Shown: positions 1-9,791 of the stretch, piece after piece | Numbering within the stretch: position 1 is the stretch's first letter | Layout of the letters: each line of letters starts with the position of its first letter | NCBI GenBank assembly: GCA_965212225.1 | Contig: OZ243106.1 | Span: forward strand, 2,891,374-2,955,373 | Length of the DNA stretch: 64,000 nt | Source: Phycisphaerales bacterium | GTDB taxonomy: Bacteria > Planctomycetota > Phycisphaerae > Phycisphaerales > UBA1924 | Reading direction: 5' to 3' | Translations under genes and position numbers: made by a program | The notes under the pieces: model-generated | What the model saw: only the letters and a program-made list of their open reading frames with translations | Databases searched by the model: none | Told to the model about the DNA's origin: nothing

Positions 1-97
1 GCCCGTGCTCAAACATCGCGACAGCGAGGTTCCGCAGCGTGGCTGCGCGGTGCGAAGTGGTGCGACCGAGTTTGTGTCCGCCTTTGCGGTGACGCAT
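1..97 (-). CDS. rplQ: 50S ribosomal protein L17, N-terminal fragment running off the window edge
   Basis: Read by hand on the minus strand from ATG at 97: MRHRKGGHKLGRTTSHRAATLRNLAVAMFEHG..., the conserved L17 N-terminus. It lies directly downstream of rpoA as in alpha operons. It is absent from the ORF track because it has no stop in the window. Confidence 0.85.
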   Translation of the reverse strand, partial: MRHRKGGHKLGRTTSHRAATLRNLAVAMFEHG

Positions 98-250
98 GGC
101 TCTATTCTCCGCCCCGGAGTTGTCCCGCCGGCTTTCGCCCGGGTGCTCCGGAGTTGTCTTCGCCGGTTGGAGTCGAACAGACTTCCCGGCTGGTTCGTGC
201 TGAAATTCCTCGTCCGGCTCGCGCCGGTCGGTTGATTCGACACCGGCTGA

Positions 251-1255
251 TCAGCCGGCGATGTGGACGCCTTCGGGCAAGGGCATGCCCAGAGAGAGAT
301 CGAGATCGGCGAGCTTGCGCTTGACCTCACGCAGCGAGGTCTTGCCGAACGAGCGGACCTTGAGCAGGTCGGATTCCGACTTGCTGACCAGTTCCGCCAC
401 CGTGTTGATGCGGGCCGACTCCAGGCAGTTGCTCGCCCGTACCGAGAGGTCCAGTTCGGAGATCGGCATGTTGAGCTTGCGGACCAGCTCGTCGTCGACG
501 GACGCGGCGGCGGCGGCCTCTTCCGAGACACGCTCCTCGCCGGTGTCGAAGTACTGGACGAACGGGTTGAGGTGCTTGCGCAGGATCTTGGCGGCCTCGA
601 CGAGCGCGAGCTCGGGAGTCGTGGTGCCGTTGGTCCAGATCTCCAGCGTCAGCTTGTCGTAGTCCGTCTTCTGGCCGACGCGGGTCTCTTCGACCTTGTA
701 CCGGACGCGCTGCACGGGGCTGTAGATCGCGTCGACCGGGATGATCCCGACCTCGACCTCTTCCGCGGCGTCTTTGTACTGCTCGGCGGCCGGGACGTAT
801 CCGCGTCCCTTGCTGACGGTCAGGTCCATCTCGAAGTCGACCTCATCGGTCAGCGTGCAGATCACCAGGTCCTTGTTGAGGATGGTGATCGCCGTGTCGG
901 CCTCGATCAGGTCGGCGGTGACTTCGCCGGGGCCGGTCGCGGCCAAGCGCATGGTCTTGGGCTCGTCGGAATCGAGCTTCACAACGAGGTTCTTGATGTT
1001 CAGGATGATGTCGGTGACATCTTCCATGACGCCGGGGAGCGAGGTGAACTCGTGCTCGGCGCCGTGGATCTTGACGGACGAGACGGCGGCGCCTTCCAGC
1101 GACGAGAGCAGCACGCGACGGAGCGAGTTGCCCACGGTAGTGCCGAAGCCGCGCTCGAAGGGCTCGACCATAAAGCGGCCGTAGTCCTCGGAAGAGAAAC
1201 GGGTGTCTTCAATTACTTGTGCGGGCAGTTCGAGCCCACGCCAGCGAACACGCAT
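251..1255 (-). CDS. rpoA: DNA-directed RNA polymerase subunit alpha
   Basis: ORF 251..1288. NTD motif FMVEPFERGFGTTVGNSLRRVLLSSLEGAAV and CTD motif ISELDLSVRASNCLESARINTVAELV. Start placed at the internal ATG 1255 (MRVRWRGLELP), preceded by GAGGAG; 1288 is the alternative. Confidence 0.97.
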   Translation of the reverse strand: MRVRWRGLELPAQVIEDTRFSSEDYGRFMVEPFERGFGTTVGNSLRRVLLSSLEGAAVSSVKIHGAEHEFTSLPGVMEDVTDIILNIKNLVVKLDSDEPKTMRLAATGPGEVTADLIEADTAITILNKDLVICTLTDEVDFEMDLTVSKGRGYVPAAEQYKDAAEEVEVGIIPVDAIYSPVQRVRYKVEETRVGQKTDYDKLTLEIWTNGTTTPELALVEAAKILRKHLNPFVQYFDTGEERVSEEAAAAASVDDELVRKLNMPISELDLSVRASNCLESARINTVAELVSKSESDLLKVRSFGKTSLREVKRKLADLDLSLGMPLPEGVHIAG

Positions 1256-1415
1256 GTTCGACTCCTCGGTGTTTCGGCAGGGTGCCAACGGTGACGTCCC
1301 GGCGGTTCACAGTGCGGGGCGTCGCTGCCGATCGACGCTCCGAACTTTCTGTCCGACGAGAAAACGGGAAACGCCGCGATGGCCTGTCGACCATCCCGGC
1401 GGTGAATCGATGCGA

Positions 1416-1793
1416 TCAGACGCGGCGCTTCTTGCGCGGGCGGCAGCCGTTGTGAGGGATCGGCGTGCGATCTTCGATGGCGGTGACCTTCAGCCCGGTG
1501 GACGAGAGGCCGTTGACGGCCGACTCGCGTCCGCCGCCGGCGCCGTTGATCCGGACTTCGAGCTCGACCATGCCCATCTTCCGGGCCTTGGAGCCGGCCG
1601 ACTCGCCGGCGCGGGTCGCGGCGAACGGGGTGGACTTGCGTGAACCCTTGAAGCCGATGGTGCCGGCCGAGTCCCAGCAGACCGCTTCGCCGTTCATGTC
1701 GGTGATGGTCACGATGGTGTTGTTGAACGTCGCCTTGATGTGGGCGATGCCCTTGACCACGTTCTTCCGGACCTTGCGCTGCTTCTTCGCCAT
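1416..1793 (-). CDS. rpsK: 30S ribosomal protein S11
   Basis: [16 protein letters not shown] and [13 protein letters not shown] motifs; synteny. Confidence 0.97.
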   Translation of the reverse strand: MAKKQRKVRKNVVKGIAHIKATFNNTIVTITDMNGEAVCWDSAGTIGFKGSRKSTPFAATRAGESAGSKARKMGMVELEVRINGAGGGRESAVNGLSSTGLKVTAIEDRTPIPHNGCRPRKKRRV

Positions 1794-1962
1794 CTCGCTT
1801 GAATCTCACTATCTGCCAGCCGAGTTGTCCCCACCGAAGAGGTGCTCGACCGGGAATGAAAGGTGCTGTACGCGTCGCGCGGCGCTCGCCGCGAAACTGA
1901 AGGGGTCGGACGCCGGACGGGACCGGACGCTCGCGATCGGACGGACCGACGCGAGCGGCGGA

Positions 1963-2340
1963 TCAGCCCTTGACGCCCTTCTTGCCGGCAACGGTCTTCT
2001 TGCGTCCCTTACGGGTGCGGGCGTTGCACTTGGTGCGCTGGCCGCGGACGGGGAGGCCACGACGGTGGCGATCACCACGGTAGGCCTTGATGTCGCGGAG
2101 GCGCTGGATGTTCTGCTGCACCTGACGACGGAGGGCACCCTCGACGAGGTACTCGGAGTCGAGGAGCTGCGAGATCGAGGCAACCTCGGACTCGGTCAGG
2201 TCCATCGCCTTGGTCGTCGGGTCGAGGCCGAGCTTCGCGATGATCTCATCGGCGTACTTCGGGCCAATGCCGTGGATGTAACGGAAGGCGTATCGGATCG
2301 CCTTCTTGTCAGGAATGTCAACGCCAACGATACGGGGCAT
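1963..2340 (-). CDS. rpsM: 30S ribosomal protein S13
   Basis: MPRIVGVDIPDKK...RGLPVRGQRTKCNARTRKG; synteny. Confidence 0.97.
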   Translation of the reverse strand: MPRIVGVDIPDKKAIRYAFRYIHGIGPKYADEIIAKLGLDPTTKAMDLTESEVASISQLLDSEYLVEGALRRQVQQNIQRLRDIKAYRGDRHRRGLPVRGQRTKCNARTRKGRKKTVAGKKGVKG

Positions 2341-2393
2341 GCTTAAGAACTCCGAGAGTATGCGTCAGGAGAGTGAGCGGCTCTGAACTGTGA

Positions 2394-2510
2394 TCAGCCC
2401 TGAACCTGCTTGTGCTTGGGGTCGGAGGAGCAGATGACGCGCACGACGCCCTTCCGGCGCACGATCTTGCAACCGCTGCAAATCCGCTTCACGCTCGAAC
2501 GAACCTTCAT
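2394..2510 (-). CDS. rpmJ: 50S ribosomal protein L36 (zinc-ribbon C+ form)
   Basis: Hand-translated 38-aa ORF too short for the ORF track: [38 protein letters not shown]. Near-identical pattern to canonical L36, with CxxC...C....H retained. Confidence 0.93.
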   Translation of the reverse strand: MKVRSSVKRICSGCKIVRRKGVVRVICSSDPKHKQVQG

Positions 2511-2700
2511 GACTGACCGCCTTCACAATCGACCGGGACCGCGCCGGGAGGACCCGAGACGCGTGAATCCGTAGGAAACTTCAGGGTTCGCGACTCTGGC
2601 GAGAACGCCAGCGATGCGACCGCGCACGGGTCCCACAACCCGAGCGGGTCGAGCAGAGTATCAAAAACCCGGCTGGCGTGCTGCAGACTGGGGCGCAGAC

Positions 2701-3648
2701 TCAGAATTTTTCAAGAGCAGAACGTCCAGAGACGCCGCCGATGAGCCCGAGATAGTCCACGCGTGGAGTTCCGAGGGTCAGCGGCTCTGGTCCCGATTCC
2801 CCAACCAAAACCATGTATTCTTCATGGCAGGCGACCGCCCCGCTCACGGTCCGCACCGTCCAGCCGTCTTCGCCGGTCACGATCGCGGCCCGCGGGTACG
2901 GCAGGCCCGATCCGTTCACGCTCGGTGGGTCCGGCCAGCCGGTCGCGTCACGGATGACGAGCATGGGCTCGATGGCGAGGATCATGCCGGGCTCGAGGAC
3001 GAAGTCCTGGCCGACAAAGCCGCTCCAGTAGCACGGCACCTTCGGAGGCTCGTGGAGGACCGCGCCGATGCCGTGTCCGACGAACTCGGTGACAAGATCC
3101 CGCTCCATCTCCTGCGTCGCCCGCTCCATCCAGCGTCCGATCTCCGACCAGCGACGCCCCGGTCGGATCAGGTCGATGGCCCCGTCGAGGAGGGCTCTGG
3201 TGTCGTCGATCAGGGCGGCCCGCTCTCGATAGATCTCCCGCTGCTCCTCGTCGGCATCCGGCGGGGGCGGGACGAGAAACGACACCGCCGAATCCCCGCA
3301 GTAGCCGTCCAGGCGAACGCCGACATCAACGGAGACCAGGTCGCACGGCTGCAGCACACGATCGCCGGGGATGCCGTGGACGACTTCATCGTTGACGGAG
3401 ATACAGGCTTCCGCGGGAAACGGCGGCGAGTCGCTCTGGCGGTAGCCGCGGAACAGGCCGGTCGCGCCGTTCGAGCTCAAAACTTCGCTGATCGCCCGGT
3501 CAATGTCGATGGTGGTCGCGCCCGCGACGCAGGTCTGATGCGCGGCTTCGAGAGCGGCGATGACCACTCGCCCCGCGGCGCGACAGCGCTCGACCTCGTC
3601 GGCGGCCTTGATGCGGATGGGCGGACCTGACCAGTGCGGGTTCAACAT
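2701..3648 (-). CDS. map: type I methionine aminopeptidase
   Basis: Metal-ligand contexts DLVSVDVG..DGYCGDSA, FVGHGIG, LAIEPM and HEEYMV. Position after secY as in spc operons. At 315 aa it is longer than typical, with an internal insert and a C-terminal tail. Confidence 0.92.
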   Translation of the reverse strand: MLNPHWSGPPIRIKAADEVERCRAAGRVVIAALEAAHQTCVAGATTIDIDRAISEVLSSNGATGLFRGYRQSDSPPFPAEACISVNDEVVHGIPGDRVLQPCDLVSVDVGVRLDGYCGDSAVSFLVPPPPDADEEQREIYRERAALIDDTRALLDGAIDLIRPGRRWSEIGRWMERATQEMERDLVTEFVGHGIGAVLHEPPKVPCYWSGFVGQDFVLEPGMILAIEPMLVIRDATGWPDPPSVNGSGLPYPRAAIVTGEDGWTVRTVSGAVACHEEYMVLVGESGPEPLTLGTPRVDYLGLIGGVSGRSALEKF

Positions 3649-3726
3649 GGCGAAAAAGTGTAGCCGAAACGCAATCGGGCCCGGCGCATGGCCGGGCCCG
3701 TAGTGGATGCGAGGGATGGAGATCGC

Positions 3727-5154
3727 TCAGCTGCGGGTGCCGCGGATACGCGGGCCCTTGCCCTGGTCGTTGCCGCCGAGGAAGCCGGCGTAGTTGCGCA
3801 TCAGCAGGTTGGCTTCGATGCGCTGGATCAGGTCGAGGCCGACGGACACGACGATCAGCAGGCCGGTGCCGCCGAGGAACGACGCGACCATGAAGTCGAC
3901 GTTGAAACTCGTCTGCACGACCATCGGAATGACCGCGATGATCGACAGGAAGCCGGCACCGACATAGGTGATGCGCTCCATGACCGTCTCGAGGTACTCG
4001 GCGGTGCGTGGGCCGGGACGGAGGCCCGGGATGAACGAGCCGGAGTCTCGGAGCTGCTTGGACATGTCTTCCGGGTTGAACTGCACGGTCGTCCAGAAGT
4101 AGCTGAAGAAGTACACCATGCCGATGTAGAGCAGGATGTAGGGGTACTGGCCCATGACGAAGTTGTCGCCGAGGAACTGCATCAGCCCGCTCCACCAGCC
4201 GCCCTCGCCCTGTGACTGCTGAGCAAGGGCTCCGAAGACAACCGAGGGGAAGATCATGATGGAACTGGCGAAGATGATGGGCATGACGCCGCCGTGGTTC
4301 ACGCGCAGCGGGAGGTAGGAGCGCTGGCCGCCGAAGACGCGACGCCCACGGGTGTGCTTGGCCTGCTGGACCGGGATGCGGCGCTGGGCGACGGTGATGA
4401 GCACCGCACCCGCGACCACGCCGACGAAGGCGCCGAGCAGCAGGATGAGCTGCATCCAGGTGAGTTGGGGATCGGTCTGCGGGATACCGAGCAGCGAGCC
4501 GATGAAGCTGATCTGACCGACCGGCGAGTTCTGGACAAGCCAGAGGAACGCCCCGGGCATCTGGGCGAGGATGCCGGCGGTGATGATGAGCGAGACGCCG
4601 TTGCCGATGCCGTACTTGTCGATCTGCTCACCGAGCCACATCAGGAACACGGTGCCGGCGGTCATGGCGGTGATGGCCATCACCCACCACATGGGGTTGC
4701 CGGCGTAGGCCTCGTAGACGATGCCGCTGCTGGTGATGAAGGTGAGCCAGCCGAACGCCTGAACGATGCAGAGGCCGATCGTGGCGTAACGGGTCCACTC
4801 CTGAATCTTCTGGCGACCGGAGGGGCCCTCTTCCTGCAGCTTCTTGATGGCGGGGACCGCCGACTGGAGGAGCTGGAAGATAATCGCGGCCGAGATGTAG
4901 GGCATGATGCCCATGCCGAAGATCGTGGATTGGCCGAGCGTGCCGCCGGAGAAGATCGAGACAAACTGGGCGACGCGACCGAAGGCCGAGCCGTCGGAGG
5001 TTTCCTGCTCGAAGAAGTCTTTCAGGATCTGCTGGTCGATACCGGGGACCGGCACCCAATAGCCGATTCGGTAGACCACCAGCATGCCGATGGTGAACAG
5101 GAGCTTCTTGCGAAGATCCGGGATCTTGAAGCAGTTCATCAAGGCGTTCAGCAT
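3727..5154 (-). CDS. secY: preprotein translocase subunit SecY
   Basis: 475-aa polytopic protein with GMGIMPYISAAIIFQLL and RQKIQEWTRYATI motifs; synteny after rplO. Confidence 0.97.
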   Translation of the reverse strand: MLNALMNCFKIPDLRKKLLFTIGMLVVYRIGYWVPVPGIDQQILKDFFEQETSDGSAFGRVAQFVSIFSGGTLGQSTIFGMGIMPYISAAIIFQLLQSAVPAIKKLQEEGPSGRQKIQEWTRYATIGLCIVQAFGWLTFITSSGIVYEAYAGNPMWWVMAITAMTAGTVFLMWLGEQIDKYGIGNGVSLIITAGILAQMPGAFLWLVQNSPVGQISFIGSLLGIPQTDPQLTWMQLILLLGAFVGVVAGAVLITVAQRRIPVQQAKHTRGRRVFGGQRSYLPLRVNHGGVMPIIFASSIMIFPSVVFGALAQQSQGEGGWWSGLMQFLGDNFVMGQYPYILLYIGMVYFFSYFWTTVQFNPEDMSKQLRDSGSFIPGLRPGPRTAEYLETVMERITYVGAGFLSIIAVIPMVVQTSFNVDFMVASFLGGTGLLIVVSVGLDLIQRIEANLLMRNYAGFLGGNDQGKGPRIRGTRS

Positions 5155-5368
5155 CGTGTTCGGCCTGGCCTCGGCTCGACGGCTCCCGAGAGGGCTCGGG
5201 TCATCGGGCGGGTTGGAGTTCGGGGACTTGCGGGCTGCTTTCCAAAGAAAGCGGGCGGTACGCCGGACAAACCTTCTGGAATGCCCACGAACCGCCCCTC
5301 ACAGTATCACTGACGCGACCGGGAAGCGAGCGACCGGAACGGCTGGTCGCTCGGTGCCGCCCGGCGGG

Positions 5369-5944
5369 TCACTTCTTCTTCTTGGACCCGGGGCTGGTGC
5401 GCTTGAGCTTCTTGCCAAGGTTCTTGGGAGCCCGGTCGTCGGAGTTGCGGTCAACCCCGCGAACGATGTCACGACGGGTGCCGATTTCCTCGACGGAGCC
5501 GCCGGCATCGGTGATGTGCTTCCGGGCGGAATCGGTGACGCGCTCGACCTTGACGGTGAACTTCACGCCGACCTTTTCGTGGTTGCCCAGATCGCCCAGG
5601 ATCTTGACGGCACGGTCATCTCCACGGACGAGCCCGGTTTCGGCCAGGCGCTCTTTGGTGACCTCGCCGCCCTTGGCGAACTCGGGGTGATCGAGCAGGT
5701 CGCGGAGGTTGACGGTCCAGAAGGGCACCGTGAAGTTGACGTTGGTGAAGCCGCGCTTGGACATGCGCCGGAAGAACGGCATCTGGCCGCCTTCGAACTG
5801 GTGGCGGGCTGAGAAGCCCGAACGCGAGCCGGCGCCCTTGTGACCGCGACCGGAGGTCTTGCCGACACCGGAGGCGCGGCCTCGGCCGACGCGCTTGCGC
5901 TGCTTGTACTTGCCTGCGAGGGCGGTGATTTCGTGAATCATCAT
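5369..5944 (-). CDS. rplO: 50S ribosomal protein L15 (C-terminally extended, Lys-rich tail)
   Basis: KRVGRGRASGVGKTSGRGHKGAGSRSG motif. 191 aa, ending in PGSKKKK. Confidence 0.95.
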   Translation of the reverse strand: MMIHEITALAGKYKQRKRVGRGRASGVGKTSGRGHKGAGSRSGFSARHQFEGGQMPFFRRMSKRGFTNVNFTVPFWTVNLRDLLDHPEFAKGGEVTKERLAETGLVRGDDRAVKILGDLGNHEKVGVKFTVKVERVTDSARKHITDAGGSVEEIGTRRDIVRGVDRNSDDRAPKNLGKKLKRTSPGSKKKK

Positions 5945-6028
5945 GGCGGGTATCTCCCGTCGCCTGTTTCCGTTGTGAACGGAGCGTGTGTTTGGATCTT
6001 TGTACGGGTGGGCTGGACGGTGAAGCGA

Positions 6029-6775
6029 TCAGGAACCGCTGGACTCGGGTGCGGACTCGGACGAACCCGACGACGACCCCGAAGAGCCGCTGTCCTGTCC
6101 GCCGCCGCTGCGACCGCGTCCGGGGCCGCCGGAGCGACCGCCGCGTCCGCCACCACGACCACCGCGTCCGCCGCGACCACGCGAGTCTTCGCCGACGCGG
6201 TTGACCGGGCCGCGCATCTTCTCGGCGTCGGTCGTGCTGGTGGGCATGAAGGCCGAGCCGCGGTCGATGCGTTCGTCAACCTCGGTATCGCCAATCTCGA
6301 CGCCGCGAAGCGTGGCGAACGTGTCCTTGGAGCGGAGTTGGATCAGCCCATCGAGAACAGCCTTGGCGAGGTTCTTGGAGTTGTTGGATCCGGAGGACTT
6401 GGTCATGCAGTCGGTGATGCCCGCGAGTTCGAGCACCGCGCGGACGGTGGCGCCCGCGACCACGCCGGTACCCGGCGAGGCGGGGATGAGCTTCACCGAC
6501 GACGCTCCGTAGCGACCCTGGACCTCGTGGGGGATCGTGCCGCCCTGAAGGTTGACCCGCTTGAGGTTCTTCTTGGCGTCCTTCTGGGCCTTCTCGATGG
6601 CCGCGGGGACCTCGTTGGCCTTGCCATAGCCGAGCCCGATCCGGCCGCCTTTGTCGCCCACGACGACGAGCGAGCCGAAGCTGAAACGGCGGCCACCGGC
6701 CATCGTCGCGGCTGAGCGGAACACGCCGATCGTGTTGCTTTCGAGTTGGTTTGTGTCGTCGAGGAATTCGACCAT
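6029..6775 (-). CDS. rpsE: 30S ribosomal protein S5 with about 80-aa C-terminal RGG/Ser-Gly tail
   Basis: FSFGSLVVVGDKGGRIGLGYGKANEVPAAIEKA core. The tail reads RGRGGRGGRGGGRGGRSGGPGRGRSGGGQDSGSSGSSSGSS. Confidence 0.95.
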   Translation of the reverse strand: MVEFLDDTNQLESNTIGVFRSAATMAGGRRFSFGSLVVVGDKGGRIGLGYGKANEVPAAIEKAQKDAKKNLKRVNLQGGTIPHEVQGRYGASSVKLIPASPGTGVVAGATVRAVLELAGITDCMTKSSGSNNSKNLAKAVLDGLIQLRSKDTFATLRGVEIGDTEVDERIDRGSAFMPTSTTDAEKMRGPVNRVGEDSRGRGGRGGRGGGRGGRSGGPGRGRSGGGQDSGSSGSSSGSSESAPESSGS

Positions 6776-6846
6776 GGCTGCTTACCTGCTATCGGTGAGG
6801 GGCTGTCGGCCCCGGGGGTGTGATCCTGTGAGTCGATACGAAGCGA

Positions 6847-7209
6847 TCAGAACTGGAGGCCGCCTTCGCGTGCCGCGTCCGCAAGAGCCTTGATGCGCCC
6901 GTGGTACTTGAAGCCGGAGCGGTCCATCGCGACATTCGTGATGCCGGCGGCCTTGGCCTTCTCGGCGATCTGCTTGCCGACCATGGCCGCGGCTTCGGAG
7001 TTGCCGCTGGTGGACGAGGAGACGCCCTTGTCGCGGGTCGAAGCGGAAACGATGGTGCGACCGTTGATGTCGTCGATCACCTGCGCGTAGATATGGTTCA
7101 GCGAACGGTAGACCGCCAGACGCGGGCGCGTCGGGGTGCCGCTGATCTTGCGCCGGATGCCGACGCGGCGTCGGTTGCGTCGAACGGCTTTTCTTTTCTG
7201 CCTGTCCAT
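6847..7209 (-). CDS. rplR: 50S ribosomal protein L18
   Basis: [20 protein letters not shown] motif. Start set at the internal ATG 7209 (MDRQKRKAV); ORF maximum is 7257. Confidence 0.95.
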   Translation of the reverse strand: MDRQKRKAVRRNRRRVGIRRKISGTPTRPRLAVYRSLNHIYAQVIDDINGRTIVSASTRDKGVSSSTSGNSEAAAMVGKQIAEKAKAAGITNVAMDRSGFKYHGRIKALADAAREGGLQF

Positions 7210-7299
7210 CGGAGTGACCTCTTGATTCGGTCCGGGATGCGTTCGAGCCCGGTGCAAAGTGATCTGTTGAAGAAGTGGATTGTTCCCTGGCGAGCCTGA

Positions 7300-7848
7300 T
7301 CAGCTGCCGAACGCCTTGCCCTGCTTGCGGACGACGGTCTCGTCGGCGTACTTGATGCCCTTGCCGTTGTAGGGCTCGGGCTTGCGGGTGGCTCGTACGA
7401 CGGCCGCGAACTGGCCGACCTTCTGCTTGTCAGCACCCTTCACGGTGATGTTCTGCTTGTCGACGGTGACGTCGACGCCCTGCGGGATCGGGACCGCGAT
7501 GGTGTTCGCGAAACCGACCTTGAGGTTCAGGTTCTGCCCGGCGAGCGTCGCGTTGTAGCCGACGCCGACGACTTCGAGTTTCTTCTCGTAGCCCTCGGTC
7601 ACACCGACGACCATGTTCGCCAGGATCGCGCGGGTCGTTCCCCAGAGCGCGAGGACGGGCTTGCTGTTCATGTGCTTGTCGTCGACCGTCACCTCGAGCG
7701 TCTTGTCGTCCTTGTTGTGGGAGACGATGACGCTTGGGTGATGCTCAAACTCGAGCGTGGCGTTGCCGCTGGAGATCTTGATCTTGCGACCGGAGATCTC
7801 CGCGTTTGCCTTCCCGAGTTCGACTGGCTTCTTTCCGAGGCGGGACAT
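7300..7848 (-). CDS. rplF: 50S ribosomal protein L6
   Basis: MSRLGKKPVEL start and two L6 repeats. Start at ATG 7848; ORF maximum is 7866. Confidence 0.95.
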   Translation of the reverse strand: MSRLGKKPVELGKANAEISGRKIKISSGNATLEFEHHPSVIVSHNKDDKTLEVTVDDKHMNSKPVLALWGTTRAILANMVVGVTEGYEKKLEVVGVGYNATLAGQNLNLKVGFANTIAVPIPQGVDVTVDKQNITVKGADKQKVGQFAAVVRATRKPEPYNGKGIKYADETVVRKQGKAFGS

Positions 7849-7975
7849 GGTGTCGTTCCTTCTCATCCGCCCGGGCGGGCGGGGGTGCTACTCGCGACCG
7901 GTGGATTTCGGCTCGCTGAGAATCACGGGTTGTCCGGACGGTCCGTCCGGTGGAAATCCTTCGACGGTTGCTGGA

Positions 7976-8374
7976 TCAGTGGACGTAGGCGAGAACCTCG
8001 CCGCCGACCTTCTTTTCGCGGCACTGGCGATCGCTGAGCACGCCCGACGAAGTCGAGACGATTGAGATGCCCAGACCCTGCAGCGGGCGGTCGAGTTCGT
8101 CGACCTTCTTGTAGACGCGGCAGCCGACCTTCGAGACGCGCTCGATGCGGTTGATGATGGTCTCCCCGCGCGAGCCGTACTTCAGTCGGATGCGGATCTG
8201 GCCCTGGCGGCCGTCCTCGATCACGTCGAAGCCCTCGATGTAGCCCTCGCTCTCAAGGATCGACGCGATACCGCGGCAGACCTTGCTGTTGAGGACCAGG
8301 CAGTCCTTGACGTGGTTCCGGGTGGCGTTGCGGATGCGGGTGAGCATGTCCGCGATCGGGTCGTTCATCGCCAT
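7976..8374 (-). CDS. rpsH: 30S ribosomal protein S8
   Basis: MNDPIADMLTRIRNA N-terminus; synteny. Confidence 0.97.
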   Translation of the reverse strand: MAMNDPIADMLTRIRNATRNHVKDCLVLNSKVCRGIASILESEGYIEGFDVIEDGRQGQIRIRLKYGSRGETIINRIERVSKVGCRVYKKVDELDRPLQGLGISIVSTSSGVLSDRQCREKKVGGEVLAYVH

Positions 8375-8540
8375 GGTGGTTGTTCTTCCGGTGCTGTCTT
8401 GCGGGCTGCGGGCCCGACTCAGTGGTGTCTGGTGTGGCGTGGGTCAGTCGGCTCGGCATGGTTGCCTGCCCGATACCCGACGCCGTCAATGGCCACCTCG
8501 ATGGCCGGCGATCAGTGGCCGGTGGGTTCCGGCCGGTTCC

Positions 8541-8726
8541 TTACCAGCTGGCCTTACGCATGCCGGGGACCTTGCCCTCGAGTGCGAGCTTGCGGAGCAT
8601 GATGCGGCTGACGCGGAACTTGCGATACACGCCTCGGGCGCGACCGGTGATCTCGCACCGACGGACCTTGCGTGAGCTGAACTTGGGAGTCCGATTGCTT
8701 TTGGCGATCTGAGCTTTGGTTGCCAT
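8541..8726 (-). CDS. rpsN: 30S ribosomal protein S14, short 61-aa (type Z length) form lacking the zinc cysteines
   Basis: ...[50 protein letters not shown]. Only one of the four canonical Cys is present. Confidence 0.93.
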   Translation of the reverse strand: MATKAQIAKSNRTPKFSSRKVRRCEITGRARGVYRKFRVSRIMLRKLALEGKVPGMRKASW

Positions 8727-8744
8727 ATCAGTTTGCTTTCGGGA

Positions 8745-9356
8745 TTAGTTTTCGTCGCTCTTGGCGAAGGGGAATCCGAGTTCGGTCAGCACGAATCTGC
8801 TGACTTCGGCGTTGGAGTTGCTGAACACGAAGTTGATGTTCATGCCGTGGGTGAACGTGGCGCGGGCCATGTCGATCTCGGGGAACACGCCCTGCTCGTT
8901 CAGCCCCATGGAGTAGTTGCCGGCCTTGTCGAAGGAGGTCGCGGGGAGACCGCGGAAGTCCTTGATACGCGGGGCGGCAAGGTTGATCAGGCGATCGAGA
9001 AAGTACCACATCCGCTCGCGGCGAAGGGTGACCATGGCGGCGGTGTCGTAGCCCTCGCGGACCTTGAAGTTCGACACCGACTTGCGGGCCTTGATCACGA
9101 CCGGCTTCTGGCCGGTGATCTTCGTCAGCGTGTCGATGATCTGGTCCTTGATGTTCGCGGGGACCTTGGTGCCCTCGATGTGGCGACCCATGTTCACGTT
9201 GATGACGATCTTCTCGAGCTTGGGCCAGGCGTTCGCGTTGGTGATGCCGAACTGATCCTTGAGCTTCGGAGCGACTTCGCTCTTGAACTGATCGCGCAGG
9301 CGCGGCGCGACGGCCGGGCCGTTGTCTTTGGGATCAACTGTTGCGGACTTCGCCAT
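8745..9356 (-). CDS. rplE: 50S ribosomal protein L5
   Basis: KIVINVNMG and RGLPATSFDKAGNYSMGL motifs; synteny. Confidence 0.96.
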   Translation of the reverse strand: MAKSATVDPKDNGPAVAPRLRDQFKSEVAPKLKDQFGITNANAWPKLEKIVINVNMGRHIEGTKVPANIKDQIIDTLTKITGQKPVVIKARKSVSNFKVREGYDTAAMVTLRRERMWYFLDRLINLAAPRIKDFRGLPATSFDKAGNYSMGLNEQGVFPEIDMARATFTHGMNINFVFSNSNAEVSRFVLTELGFPFAKSDEN

Positions 9357-9446
9357 TGGTGGTGTCCTCTTCTCTCCCGGAGGGGCCGGGAGTCCTGATC
9401 AAACGGTGCCGGGTTCGGAATGGAGCCGGAACGACTGGTGAACTGG

Positions 9447-9788
9447 TTACTTCTTCGCCTTGCGCAGCGGGTCGCCGATCTGCTTGCCGCCCTTGACGGC
9501 GACGCGGACCTTCGAACCGTCGGACTTGGTCTCGAAGCGAACCCGTGAGGGCTTGCCATCGACGGCCGGCGAGACGTTGGAGATGTGGAACGAACGATCG
9601 ACGTCGACCTGGCCGCCCTGCGGGTTGACGCGGGTGGGCTTGACGTTGCGCGTGATGCCCTCGATGCCGGGGCCCTGGACCACGACGCGGTCGTGCTTGT
9701 TGATCATGCGGACGACCTTGCCGGTCTGGCCGCGGAAGCGCCCAGCGGTGATGACAACGTCGTCGCCTTTACGGATATGGCTCGGCAT
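9447..9788 (-). CDS. rplX: 50S ribosomal protein L24
   Basis: KOW motif IRKGDDVVITAGRFRGQTGKV; synteny. Confidence 0.95.
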   Translation of the reverse strand: MPSHIRKGDDVVITAGRFRGQTGKVVRMINKHDRVVVQGPGIEGITRNVKPTRVNPQGGQVDVDRSFHISNVSPAVDGKPSRVRFETKSDGSKVRVAVKGGKQIGDPLRKAKK

Positions 9789-9791
9789 GAC

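Noticed and set aside
263-1294. 343-aa + strand ORF antisense to rpoA. Similar long antisense ORFs include 18622..21057, 21812..23170, 26310..27719, 31924..33474, 38886..40037, 41286..42740, 50110..51699 and 59177..61186.
   Set aside because: All lie opposite genes with strong homology signatures. Their products are Arg/Gly/Ala/Asp-rich low-complexity sequence typical of stop-codon-poor antisense frames in high-GC DNA, and no motifs were recognised.
1289-1415. Possible missed rpsD between rpsK and rpoA. infA was likewise sought in 2511..2700 and adk in 3649..3726.
   Set aside because: The gaps are 127, 190 and 78 nt, too short for these genes, and no matching reading frames are present. The genes must lie elsewhere in the genome.
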